Assembly: GCF_000281045.1 (NCBI RefSeq)
Contig: NW_008246084.1
Coordinates: 749,824 to 803,178 of the forward strand
Length of the DNA stretch: 53,355 nt
Direction of reading: 5' to 3'
Source: Saprolegnia diclina VS20
Taxonomy: Eukaryota
Part shown: in pieces, positions 11,909-23,794 of the stretch
Layout of the letters: each line of letters starts with the position of its first letter
How positions within the stretch are numbered: the first letter of the stretch is position 1
The notes under the pieces: generated by a model
Told to the model about the DNA's origin: nothing
Seen by the model: only the letters and a program-made list of their open reading frames with translations
The model's database searches: none
Position numbers and translations under genes: made by a program

Positions 11909-14900
11909 ATGGACCCCCAGCCATCGACGCCGACGACGACCGTGCCATCATCGCCACAGGCAGCGAGCCCACGGCCGTCTTTGGAGGGCGCCGCCGAGAC
12001 AGGCGGACCGGAGGCTGCGTCGAGCCCGCGCCTCTCGCGCGCAGGATCGCGCGCGTCGAGCTTCCCACCGAGCTCGCCCGTGGCCGCTGAGGCGACACCA
12101 TCGCCAGCATCGCCGCGCGATGTGTCGCTCCGCAAGGCGACAAGCTTCTCTCGCCGCTCAAGCGTCGCTATCGAGGACACGACGCCCAAGTACGAGCATC
12201 CGTCGGTTCCTGCCGCACTGCGCAAGGCGTATGCTGACGGCGAGCAAAGCAGCGTCTTCCAGGTACAGCACTATCTTGCATCTCGACGACTTATCGATGG
12301 CTGCTGCTAGTTTGTCGATCAAGAGGGCAAGCACAGTGACGATGACGTCAAGCAGCTCGTGCACGACGTACATCGTCTCCGTTGTCTAGTCTGCGCTAAG
12401 ACGAGTTTTGTAGCTCGAGTCGCTGGACGTGGCGTATATCAAGAAGATCTACACCGAGTCGCTTCTCTTTGACAAGGCCGCGCAGGCGTCGCTGACCAAC
12501 TGCTCGATCTCGCCTCTCGACGAATTCGACTCGCTCCTCACGTCGCCGACCGAGACCATCGACACGTGGCGCGCCGCCGGCTACGAGGCCATCAACCGCG
12601 GCGAGGTCGCCGCCATGGTGCTCGCGGGCGGCCAAGGCACGCGCCTCGGCTTTGACGGCCCGAAGGGCATGTTTGACATTGGTCTCCTCTCGAAAAAGTC
12701 GCTGTTTCAGCTCTTTTGCGAGCGCCTTCTCAAGCTCCAATCGAACGCCAAGCAGTTTGGCCACCTTCCGAACGAGCCAACGATTCCGCTCTATGTCATG
12801 ACGAGCGAGATGAACCACGCGGCGACGACTCTCTTTTTCGAGACCAACACCTACTTTGGCTTGGTTCCGAGCCAAGTCATCTTCTTTCCCCAAGGTACGC
12901 TGCCGTGTCTCACCAAGACGGGCCACATCATGCTCGAGACGCCGACCAAAGTCGCGCGCGCGTCGGACGGCAACGGCGGCGTCTTTGTCGCGATGCGCAA
13001 GCACGGCGTGCTCCAAAACATGCTGGACCGCGGGCTCAAGCATCTGCACGTTTTCTCGGTCGACAATGCGCTCACCAAGGTCGCGGACCCGGTTTTCATT
13101 GGCTATTGCTCGACCAAGAAGACGGATGTCGGCAACAAGGTGGTGTGGAAGACCGCGCCGGACGAGAAGGTTGGCGTCGTCGCCAAGAAGAACGACAAGT
13201 ACTGCGTTGTCGAGTACAGCGAGCTCGATGCCGCCAACGCCGTGCTCGTCGACGACGTCTCGGGCAAGCTCGCGTTTGGCGCCGGCAACATTTGCAACCA
13301 CTACTTTAGCGTGTACGTGCTATGCGATGGACTTGGTGGATTGATAGATTGATATTAGGCCGTTTTTGCACCGCGTGCTCACGACCGTGGACTTGCCGTT
13401 CCACATTGCGATGAAGAACATCCCGGCGGTCGCGCTCGACGCACGCGACAAGAAGACGCTGCCGGGAATGAAGCTCGAAGCGTTCATTTTCGACATTTTT
13501 GAGTACGCGTCGTCCATGGCGGTCCTCGAAGTCGCGCGCGAAGACGAGTTTGCGCCCGTCAAGAACGCCAATGGATCGCAGCTCTCGGGCTACACGGCCG
13601 ACTCGCCCGAGTCGGCGAAGTTTCTTCTCTCGGCGCAAGCCAAGCGGTGGGTCGAGGCCCAAGGCGGTGATTTCTCGTTGCACCTCATCACGAAGGGCTC
13701 GGTCCTCAAGCGCGGTCAGCGCATGAAGCGCTGGACGCCGCGCGTGTTGGAGTTCAACGCCGCCACCAACACGGTGCGCACGTACAAGGCTGAGAAGCCG
13801 GGCAAAGCCAAAACGTCGAGCGTGGTTTCGTGCCAGCCGTACGCAAAGGACGTCGACAGCTTTGTGTGCCAGCTCGGGAATGGCAAGCGGCTCAAGCTCA
13901 AGTGCGATTCGGCCGACGCGCAAGCGCACTGGATCGCGCTTGTCCAAGAAGCGCTGCGTCCGGACGTTGCCAACACGCGGCTCTGCGAGGTCTCGCCGCT
14001 CGTCTCGTACGAGGGCGAAGACCTGTCGCATCTCGCCAAGCGCCCGTGCACGCTGCCGTTCTACCTGTCGGAGGTCAACAACCGCCGTCTCAGCCAGCGC
14101 GCCATGTCGGTCGACGAGTACGTCTCGACGTCGTCCATGAAGACGATGGTCGTCAAGCCGGCCAACAAGATTGCGATCGTATACGAGCCGATGCCCGAGA
14201 TTGCCGAGGCCGACGACGTCCTGATCGATACCAAGTTTGTGGCGATATCGCCGCTCGATGTCGACCGCATTGCTCAAAGCTCGGACGCCAAGTACATGCC
14301 GGGCTACTCGCTCGCCGGTGTGGTCCAAGCCGTCGGGTCCAACGTCACGTCCGTGCGCGTGGGCGACCGCGTCTGCGCCTACGTGCCGACGGGTGGTGTC
14401 TTTTGCGAGTTTGCCAAGCTCAACGCTGCCACCGACTGCATTGCGTCCGTGCCGCTGAGCATGCCGTTAGACCTCGCCAGTCACGTGCCGTCGACGGCCT
14501 TGCTCGCGACGGCGTTCGCGACGGCGGTCCAGCCCAGCGACCGCGTTGCTATCGTCGCCAACCACGGCGACATTGGGTATCTCGATCCTCGTCTTCTCGC
14601 GCTTGCCCGAATTTACTTTATTTTCACTAGGTACATTGTGGCGCAGCTTGCGTCGGCCCGGGGCGCCGACTGGATCGGTGTCGTGTCGGCGTACCCAGAG
14701 AAATTTACGGGCCTGGACCTCGCCGTCTTCAAGTCGATGACCGAGGTGAATGCGGCGTGCGCCAAAGCCAACGCCGGTAGCACACCCAACGTGGTCCTCG
14801 ATGTCGCCAAGTGCGTGGCGACGGCGCTGGCCCTGCCGCCGACGTTCACGTCCACGCAGCTGGTGGACGTCATTGACGCCATTGCCAGCGACACGCTGCA

Positions 14901-17900
14901 CTTCCCGTCGAAGCTCGTGACGGAAAAGCCGTTCGATTTTTTCCTGGACGCGAGTCCCGCGCTGCTCTCGAGTGCGCACGTGAGCGTCGCGCTGCGTCTG
15001 ACGCCGCCCAAACTGCCGGACGACCTCATTCGCCGCCTCGAGGAAGCCAAGCAGGACCAAGTGCTCAAGGTACGCGACATGCGCTTGTGGGATATGTGAG
15101 ATCGTATGCGTAGTTTTACCGTAACAATCTGCTCTCGCACAAGGAAATCGACCAGCTCAACCACGATGTACGATCCTCTCTTATGTCTGCGTCTCTCTCA
15201 TATCGATGGTAGCTCGAGTTTCTCGACTTTGACCACCTCGCGTCAATCTTCAAGACGTCGATGACCAACAACCATGCGCCGACGGGCGTGCTCGAGCCGC
15301 TCGACACGGCCGACGCCGTCACGTCGACGCCGGACGAGCTCCTCGAACAGTGGGCCGCGACCGGTATCTCTGCGATCGCGCACAACCAAGTGGCTGCGCT
15401 TGTGCTGAGCGGCGGCCAGGGCACGCGGCTCGGCTTCTCGGGCCCGAAAGGCATGTACAACATCGGCCTTCCGTCCGGCAAGTCGCTCTTCCAGCTCTTT
15501 GCCGAGCGCATCGTCCGCCTGCAAGCGCTCGCGGCGCAAGCGGTTCCCGACGCGACGCAAGCGATTCGGCTGCCGTTCTACGTCATGACGTCGGCCATGA
15601 ACCACGACACGACCGTCGTCTTCTTCAAGCAGCACAGCTACTTTGGCCTGGACCCGGCCCAGGTTTTCTTTTTCCCGCAAGGCACGCTTCCGTGCTTCAC
15701 CACCGACGGCAAGCTCATGCTCGAAAGCGCGGGCAAGCTCGCGACCGCCTCGGATGGCAATGGCGGCATCTACACGGCGCTCGCCAAGTCAGGTGCGCTC
15801 CGTCGTATGGAAGAGAGCGGCGTGCAGTACGTGCATGTCTTCTCGGTCGACAACGCCATGTGCAAGGTCGCCGATCCGCTCTTCATGGGCTACTGCATCG
15901 AGAAGGAAGCCGACTGCGGCAATAAGGTCGTCTGGAAGGCGCGTCCGGACGAGAGCGTCGGTATCGTCGCCAAGCGCAGCGGTCACTACTGCGTCGTCGA
16001 GTACAGCGAGATGGACACGGCGACGAGCGAGCTCCGCGATCCGAAGACCAAAGAGCTCTTGTTTGGGGCAGCCAACATTTGCAACCATTTTTACACCTTG
16101 TACAGACTTGGATCGGCACGGTGGTCGCCTCATGTGTCTCCTGCTGTAGAGCGTTCCTTCGGGACGTTGTCCTGCCCAACATGAGTCTGCAGTACCACGT
16201 GGCACACAAGAAGATCCCGATGGCCGACGAGACGGGCGCGACCGTGACGCCGAGTACCAACTCGGGCGTCAAGCTTGAGTCGTTTATCTTTGACGTCTTC
16301 CCGCTCTCGAAGCGCATGGCCGTGCTCTCGGCGCCGCGCGACGACGAGTTTGCGCCAGTCAAGAACGCACCCGGCAACCCCGTCGACTCGCCCGACTCGG
16401 CGCGCGCGATGCTCTGCGACCAAGCCAAGCGTTGGCTCACGCCGCTCGTGCGCCGCCCCGAGATGCTGTTGTCGCTGGCCTTTGTCGAGATCTCGCCGCT
16501 TGTCTCGTTTGCGGGCGAAAATCTCGAGGCGTACGTCGACGCACTCACGCCGACGACCACCGTCTTGACGCTCGACACTAAGGACGTCGCCGCCAGTGCC
16601 CACTGCGTGCCCACTGCGCTGCGGCATACTCTCCACGAGTTCAACCAAGCACACGTGCTTCGGTTCATCGACAATGGGACGATCTCGCGCTACGACGCCG
16701 CGCTCTTGCTCCAGGACCTTGCGTCGATCGATTTCGAGCACCTCTCGCGGAGCTTTGAGGCTAGCATGGCACCCGCCGCCACGGACGTCGGCGTTCTAGA
16801 GCCATTGACCACCGAGGTCGACGTGCTCGAGAGCTCGAGCGACAAGGCTGCATGGCGCGAGACGGGCTTGGACGCGATCCGGAAGGGGCAGGTCGCAGCG
16901 CTCGTCCTCGCCGGCGGCCAGGGCACGCGGCTTGGCTTTGACGGGCCGAAGGGCTTGTACGACATTGGTTTGCCGTCGCACACGTCGCTCTTTGCGCTCT
17001 TTGCCAAGCGGCTGCGCAAGCTGGAGCTGCTCACGAACGGCCGCATACCGTTCTACGTGCTCACGAGCGGCCTCAACCACGAAGCGACGGTCACCTACTT
17101 TGAGCAGCAGTTGTACTTTGGCTTGTCGCCGAGTCAGGTCGTGTTTTGCCCGCAAGGCACTCTGCCGTGCTTGACAAACAGTGGTCAGCTCATGCTTGCG
17201 AGTCACGGCGCGTTGGCCCGCGCGCCGGACGGCAACGGCGGCGTCTACCGCGCGCTGCAGCTCAGCGGCGCGATCAACGACTTGCAAGCGCGCGGCGTGC
17301 AGTTCCTCCACGTCTTTTCCGTCGACAATGCGCTCTGCAAGGTCGCGGACCCGACGTTCATGGGCTACTGCATTGCGAAGGAAGCCGACTGCGGCAACAA
17401 GGTCGTCTGGAAGGCGCGCCCGGACGAGAGCGTTGGCGTCGTCGCCAAGCGCGGCGGCCGCTACTGCGTCGTCGAGTACAGCGAGATGGACAAGGCGACG
17501 AGCGAGCTCCGCGATGCGGCGAGTGGCCAGCTTCTCTACGGCGCGGCCAACATTTGCAACCACTTTTACTCCATGTCGCTATCCTTATCCAAGCACGACA
17601 GGACGGCTCATGCAGATGATGTAGGGAGTTTCTCCAGCGCTGCTGCAGCGGCGAGCACATGAACACGTACCACGTGGCGCACAAGAAGATCCCGCACGTC
17701 GACTTGGCGACCGGGCGTGTCGTCGACAAGCCGTCGACCAACACGGGCATCAAGCTCGAAGCGTTCATTTTCGACGTGTTTGGCCTCGCGACCAAGATGC
17801 AGATCCTGGCGGCGACACGCGAGACCGAATTTGCGCCCGTCAAGAACGCGCCGGGCGCGGCCGTCGACTCGCCCGACACGGCGCGGACCATGATCTCGGA

Positions 17901-18165
17901 AAGAAGCAAGGCGTGGGTGGTGGCGGCCGGCGGCTCATTTACCAACGCGGATGGCCTCTGTGAGATTGACCCGCTCGTGTCCTATGACGGTGAAGGTCTC
18001 GAGAGCTACGTGCAGGCGCCGCTGACGCTGCCGCTGTACGTGACGCTGCCAACAACCAAGGCCCGCGCCAGCTCCATCTCCAAGCCGCGCCCGAGCTTCT
18101 CGGGCCAGCCGACCGGCAGTGACGAGGCCAAGCCCAAGAAGAAGGACAAGTGCGCCATCATGTAA
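11909..18165 (+). CDS. UAP1: Triple-domain UDP-N-acetylglucosamine pyrophosphorylase with inserted PH domain, MDR-like domain and C-terminal CaaX
   Basis: Exons 11909-12262, 12311-12367, 12414-13312, 13359-14576, 14631-15069, 15114-15167, 15213-16099, 16150-17574, 17625-18165 splice in frame via GT-AG introns (5874 nt, 1957 aa). Each of three copies has L(A/S)GGQGTRLGFxGPKG, PQGTLP, DGNGG, VDN, VEYSE, NICNH, KLExFIFD, EFAPVKN and E(V/I)xPLVS(Y/F)xGE. Confidence 0.9.
13684..13956 (+). other. PH domain inserted in UAP copy 1
   Basis: KGSVLKRGQRMKRWTPRVLEF...FVCQLGNGKRLKLKCDSADAQAHWIALVQEAL gives the PH beta1-beta2 pattern and the C-terminal helix with conserved Trp. Confidence 0.8.
14138..15000 (+). 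other. MDR (GroES-like ADH_N plus degenerate Rossmann) domain inside the UAP gene
   Basis: MKTMVV...PEI..DDVLIDTKFVAISPLD...PGYSLAGVVQAVGSNVTSVRVGDRV, and after removing intron 14577-14630, GDIGYIVAQLASARGA. Confidence 0.75.
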
Positions 18166-19774
18166 GAATGGAGTGCATATTAGGGCATAACACAATATAC
18201 ATATCTTTGCAAATATGAATCGAAACGAGTCCGAGGCGCTCTTGAGTTCACACGTCACCGCCAGAGGACGGCGAAGATGTTTTTGAATGTGGCAATTGGT
18301 GGTTATATATGGCGTTTGCCAAAGCTAAAAACTCAAGGGCGCCTAACTCTAGCTGTAGGTATCCAACGACGATGGGACGGCGCGTTGTGGGCTCTCCGGA
18401 ATGTCCTCTATCTATGTGCCAAGTGTGAGCGATTTCATTTTTTCAAGCGATTTGGTCGACGGGCAGCCCCGCGGGCGTGGTGCCGCATGTGCCGTCGCCT
18501 GGTATTGGTTGAAACTGATTGAAATTCGACCAATGAATCAATTTCACAAACCTATTTTATGACATAGTATGTTCGAGTGATATTATTTCGTAGACGTAGA
18601 AGTGCTACCAAAGCCAATCTCGTTTGCTCATTCATGTCTTTGCTGGAGGCTTCATTATTGTTGCTGGTCGGTTGCCTTGCACGACAGCGTATTCGGCTGC
18701 AGAGTTAGTCAGTAAAACATGGATCCTCCTCATCGGCTCCAGCATTCCTCGTTAATCGTCTAGAATGGTGCCATTTCCCTAGGAGGTACCCTCAAACTTT
18801 TATCATTATGATTTGGCTCACTGAGCACTAGTACGTCGGAAGGTATTGATAGTCAGTCGACACCATTAAAGGCGCAACGGTTGGCAAAGACCAGCATCGG
18901 GGACGTAGCAGTGTCGTGGGTGGCGTTCGATGTGCAAGTTGTACGGCTTGCGACAGTCGCGGCAAGTAGTCGTTCGCGCTTGCTGCCGAGCTGCACTTGT
19001 GACGAGAGAGGACTCCAAAATAGCAATCCAAGTCCGTTGTTGTTGTTGAAGTGGGTCGAAACCCCACCTAGTGCGTACTAACCAGCAAGAACGCTATTCA
19101 CATTGACCCCACTTGATGCGCTCACGGATGCATACTTGTACCAGGTACTGTAGTGGAGATGATGGCCACCTCTGTCGTCATTGACAAGAGGATGCTTGGG
19201 TGACGGTATGCTTCCTACTTTTGCGATAAATATCCAGAATCTGGAATCCAGAATCGAGCGAGGCGGTCAAGCAGCCAACATCTCTTCTCCAGTGCGCATG
19301 GTCACATCTCTGCATCGCCGCCTTCATCGCCGCACTCTTGGATACAAGAATGCCGCGACAAGCAAGACACACACGCGTAACCATAGCGCACAGGTGCACG
19401 CATCAAGAAGCCCTTAAGATGAGCGAGTTGACATGGGTGGAAACCAAAAGAGGTCCTGCGATGGTGATCGATGCGAGTGGTAGCAGCCATCGAACATGCC
19501 CATCACCGTCGCCACACCGAATCAGGTGGGGCCCCGACCCGGTCCAGGGCCCTACAAAATTATGCATCCTGTCCTATTCGCTCCATGAAGCATCTTTCTG
19601 TCACTCTTCCGAGCACTCACTCGTCGACACTACGACTGGCAAGTATGTCGATAGCTCATTTCCCAGCTCTAGAAGTGCTAGCACCGACCACCGGGGAGCC
19701 ATTTGTTGGCCCTTCTTGACCAAGCGGGTGATGCGCGTTCCATCGAAACAGCTGGCAATAGATCTCACTGCCGG

Positions 19775-19790
19775 TCATTCGCCCCATTTC
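19775..19790 (+). promoter_or_regulatory. Oomycete Inr+FPR-like core promoter
   Basis: TCATTCgccccATTTC about 20-35 bp upstream of the GH17 ATG, resembling the oomycete TCATTY...ATTT core motif. Confidence 0.5.
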
Positions 19791-19808
19791 ACAAAGTGCA
19801 AACTGAAA

Positions 19809-21631
19809 TGGACTCGCAGCTCGTGACGAGCATGAGCGAGGTCGACGAGTTCCGCGTCGAGAAGCAGTCGCCCCGCCGCTGGCATTCGAAGCGCATCATC
19901 GGCCTCGTCGGCGCGCTTGTCCTTGTCGGCGCAGTGGTTGGCATCGTCGCCGCCTCGACGTCCTCGTCCGAGGACGCGGCCAACAAGGTCAGCACGAGCG
20001 CGACGAACCTCGGCATGGCTATTTGCTACGACACGTACCAAGCCGACCAGATCGACGCACACTTCACAACGATCGCGACGCGCTTCTCGGCCATTCGGTC
20101 GTTCCAGACGTGGCTGCCCAACAACGACAACGTCATTGACGCCGCCGCACGTCACAACCTCTTTGTCTACCCCGGCATTTGGCTGCGCGGGGCCGACTAC
20201 GCCCGCGACGTCCAAGCCGCGATCGACGGCGCGCGGCGACACCCGGGCACGGTCAAGGCCGTCCTTGTCGGCAACGAAGACCTCTCCAACGGCTGGAGCG
20301 TAAGCGACCTCATCGCGAAGATCAAGGACGTCCGCACCCAGTTTAGCGCCGCGGGCCTCAGAGACATTGCGATCGGGACGGTGCAGATTGACGGCGCGCT
20401 CCTCGCGCACCCCGAGGTCGCCGACGTGTGCGACGTCGTCGGTGTCAACATGTACGCGTTCTTCTCGGGGGCGTCGTACTCGTACACGGACCCGATGCGC
20501 GACACGGACGTGCGCTGGCAGGCGATCTACGCCAAGTTTGGCAGCAAGGCCGTCATCACCGAGACGGGCTGGCCCTTTGCGGGCGGCAACTATGGCCAGC
20601 ACGTAGCTTCGTACGACATGGGTGTCTACTACTTCAACGCGTTCCGGGACTGGGCGAGCAAAGGCACCAACGGCGGGTCGCTGCCTGCGTACTTTGTGTT
20701 CCACAACAATCCGGCAAAAGGCGGGTACGAAGCCAACTTTGGCCTCGCGGACGAGACTGGCAAGTGGAAATTCGAGTTTGCGCCCGTCCGGCCCATCATC
20801 CCGAGCCCCAACCAGCCAGTGGTCGTGCCAAATTCGCCCTACGAGTTGCCGTTCTTGCTGCAGACGTCGACGGGCAAGGTCATTTACGAAATGAACAAAA
20901 ACGTCTTTGCCTACGACGAGGCGACGTGCGCCAACGAGCGCTGGACTTACGACCTCGGCACCAACCAGATCTTTTCAACGTCGAGCGGCCACTGTCTTGA
21001 CGCCTACTATGCCAACTCCAAGTACAACGTGCATGTTTGGCCCTGCGACGCGACGAATGGCAACCAAAAGTGGACCATCGACATCAAGTCGAACCGCGTC
21101 GTCCACCTCAAGCACGACAATCTCTGTCTGGACGTCGACCCGACCAAGGCCGACGCGTCCGTCCAAGTCTGGGCCTGCACTGGCGGCACCAACCAGCAGA
21201 TCCGTCTCAACCCGGACTTGCCGCACCTCGGCGTCGCGTCGCGGCAGACCAACAACGTGCTCGTGAGCGAGAACGACAAGGTGTCGTTCCGGCCGCTCAA
21301 CGGTTCGTTCGCCAACGTCAAAGGCGACGTCAGCGCCGCGTGGACGTTTGTTCAAAGCAAAAACATGCTCTTGCACGAGGCGAGCGGCAAGTGCCTCGAC
21401 GGCTACGAGTTCAAGAACGGCGGCGCGGTGCATCTCTGGCGCTGCGACGAGACCAACGCCAACCAGAAATGGATCTACGACAAGGCGTCGCACCAGCTCC
21501 ACCACGGTGCGCACCGCGAGTTCTGCCTCGACATTGGCTCGGTCAGCGTCGGTGCGTCGCCCACGCTCTACACGTGCCATGGCGAGAACGACCCGTTCCT
21601 TTCGTACCAGCAGTTTACATTTGTCATGTAG
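19809..21631 (+). CDS. GH17 beta-1,3-glucanase/glucanosyltransferase with N-terminal membrane anchor and two ricin-B (CBM13-like) domains
   Basis: Likely start MDSQLV (about 19808). TM segment IIGLVGALVLVGAVVGIVAA. GH17 motifs VLVGNE and VITETGWP. Ricin repeats CLDAY..VHVWPCDATNGNQKW, CLDVDP..VQVWAC..NQQ, CLDGY..VHLWRC..NQKW. Confidence 0.85.
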
Positions 21632-21990
21632 TCGAAGGCATTCGTTTTGGACTTTACAGTTGTTTTTGGCTTTTTGCAAACAAGAAATTTCCATTTATCG
21701 ATCGTTGAATAAACCCAGCTTTGTCATCGAGCGGATCTTGTACAATCCCATTGATGTGCCATTGGCGAAAAATACTGATTACTGGTCATTGGCACGTGTC
21801 GGAGTTCATTGACGCAGTCTGATGAGACCATAGTAAGAGTTGCTGCCACGATTTTGTACATTTATGCTCGCCAAATCGGAAGACAACTTCTTCGACTGAT
21901 CTACTATGAGCTAGTGTACTTGTTTGTATTTCTACTTAGCACGTGTAATTATGCACAAAACATTAAACTTGCACGGACTACTAGTACGCA

Positions 21991-23794
21991 CTACGGCACG
22001 AGCGCAAACTGCTGGAACGAGATGTATGGGTCGTTCTTGCCATGACACGCATAGAGGTAGGGGGACGCACCCACGCCAACGTCGAGGCAAAATTCGGGGC
22101 GCGTTCCATGGCGCAGCTGAAGCGTATTGCTGTCGTAGATCCATTTTTGATTGCCGTTGGTCGCGTCGCAGCGCCAGAGATGCACCGCGCCGCCGTTCTT
22201 GAACTCGTAGCCGTCGAGGCACATACCGCTCGCCTCGTGCAAGAGCATGTGTTTGCTCTGAAGAAAGGTCCACGCGGCGCTGGCATCGCGGTTGGCATTT
22301 CGAAACGCGATGCGGTCGTTGCTGCCGACGAGCACCGACTTTGTTTGTTGCGATTGCAGTCCGAGGTGCGGGAGGTCGAGGACCACGCGGATCTGCTGGT
22401 TGCTTCCGCCGTGGCAGCTCCACACCTGCACGGACGCGTCGGCTTTGGTCGGGTCGACGTCGAGACAGAGATTGTTGTGAACACGGTGCTTGATGGTGTT
22501 GCTCGTTGCATCGATGGTCCACAGTTGATTTTGGTTCGAGGCGTCGCAGGGCCAGACGTGCACGTAGAATCTGGCGTTGGCAAAGTACGCGTCCAGACAC
22601 TGCCCGCTCGAGATGGAGACGATCTGGTTCGTTGTGCGGTTGAAGCGCCAGCGTTCGTTGGCGCACGGCGACTCGACGTACGCAAAGAGGCTCTTGTGCA
22701 TCTCGTAGATGACTGTGCCCGTCGCGGTTTGTAGCAAAAACTGGATGTCGTCCGGACTCGTACTTGACACGGGGGGGGTTCAAGGGCGATGTAGCATCAA
22801 GTGCAAACATCCAGTTGGCGTTGGCATCAGCGAGGCCAAAGTGGGCTTCGAACCCAATTTTGGACGGGTTGTTGTGAAACATAAAGTACGCAGGGAGTGG
22901 CCCGCCATTGCCTTGGCGCACCCAGTCGCTAAACGCGTTAAAGTACGAGACGCCCATCTCGTACGATGCCACGTGCGAGCCGTAGCTGCCACCCGCGAAG
23001 GGCCACCCAACCTCGGTAATGATGGCCTTGGTGCCGAATTTAGCGACAATGGCGTCCCAGCGCGCTCGGGTGTCGCGCATTGGGTCGGTATTCGAGTACG
23101 GTGCGCTCGAAAAGAAGGCGTGCATGTTGGCACCTACGATGTCGCAGACGTCGGCCACCTGCGGGTACTTCAAGAGGTCACCGTCGATCTGCACCGTCCC
23201 AAGTCGAATGTGGCCGAGCCCCGCCGCGTTGAACTTGGCGCGCACGTCGTTGATTGTGCGAATGAGCTGGTCGGGGCTCCAGCCGTTAGAAAGTTCTTCG
23301 TTGCCAACAAAGACCGCTTTGACCGTACCCGGGTGTCGCCACGCGCCGTCGATCGCGGCTTGGACGTCGCGGGCGTAGACGCCTCCTCCGCGCAGCCAAA
23401 TGCCAGCGTAGACAACGAGGTCGTGGCGCGCAGCGGCGGCAATGACGTTGTCGTTGTTGGGCAGCCACGTCTGGAACGACCGGACGCCCGAGAAGCGCGT
23501 CGCGATCTTCGCAAAATGCGCGTCAATCTGGTCGGCTTGGTACGTATCGTAGCCAATCGCCATGTCAAGGGCCGTCGCGCCCAAGCGGAGCTCGGTGGCG
23601 TTGGTCACGTCCTGCGTGGCGGAACATGTAGTGACGACGCCAACAATGATGGCGACTAGAACGAGCGCGGTGACGAGGCCAAGGAGGCGCTTGGACAGCC
23701 AGCGGCGTGGGGCCTGCTTCTCGGCGCAAAAGTCGTCGACTTCGCTCAGGCTCGTCACGAGCTGCGTTCCCGAGACATACGAGATGGAATACAT
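21991..23794 (-). pseudogene. Inverted paralog of the GH17-ricin gene, frameshifted between catalytic and ricin domains (pseudogene or sequencing error)
   Basis: Highly similar to 19809-21631. GH17 is in ORF 21932-24016 and the ricin domains are in ORF 21991-22770. The frame change maps to a G8 run at 22771-22778. The ATG equivalent to the paralog's start is absent; an in-frame Met lies at 23794. Confidence 0.7.

Noticed and set aside
18510..18546. Imperfect inverted repeat TGAAACTGATT...AATCAATTTCA
   Set aside because: Short and AT-rich; no TSD or second copy, likely chance.
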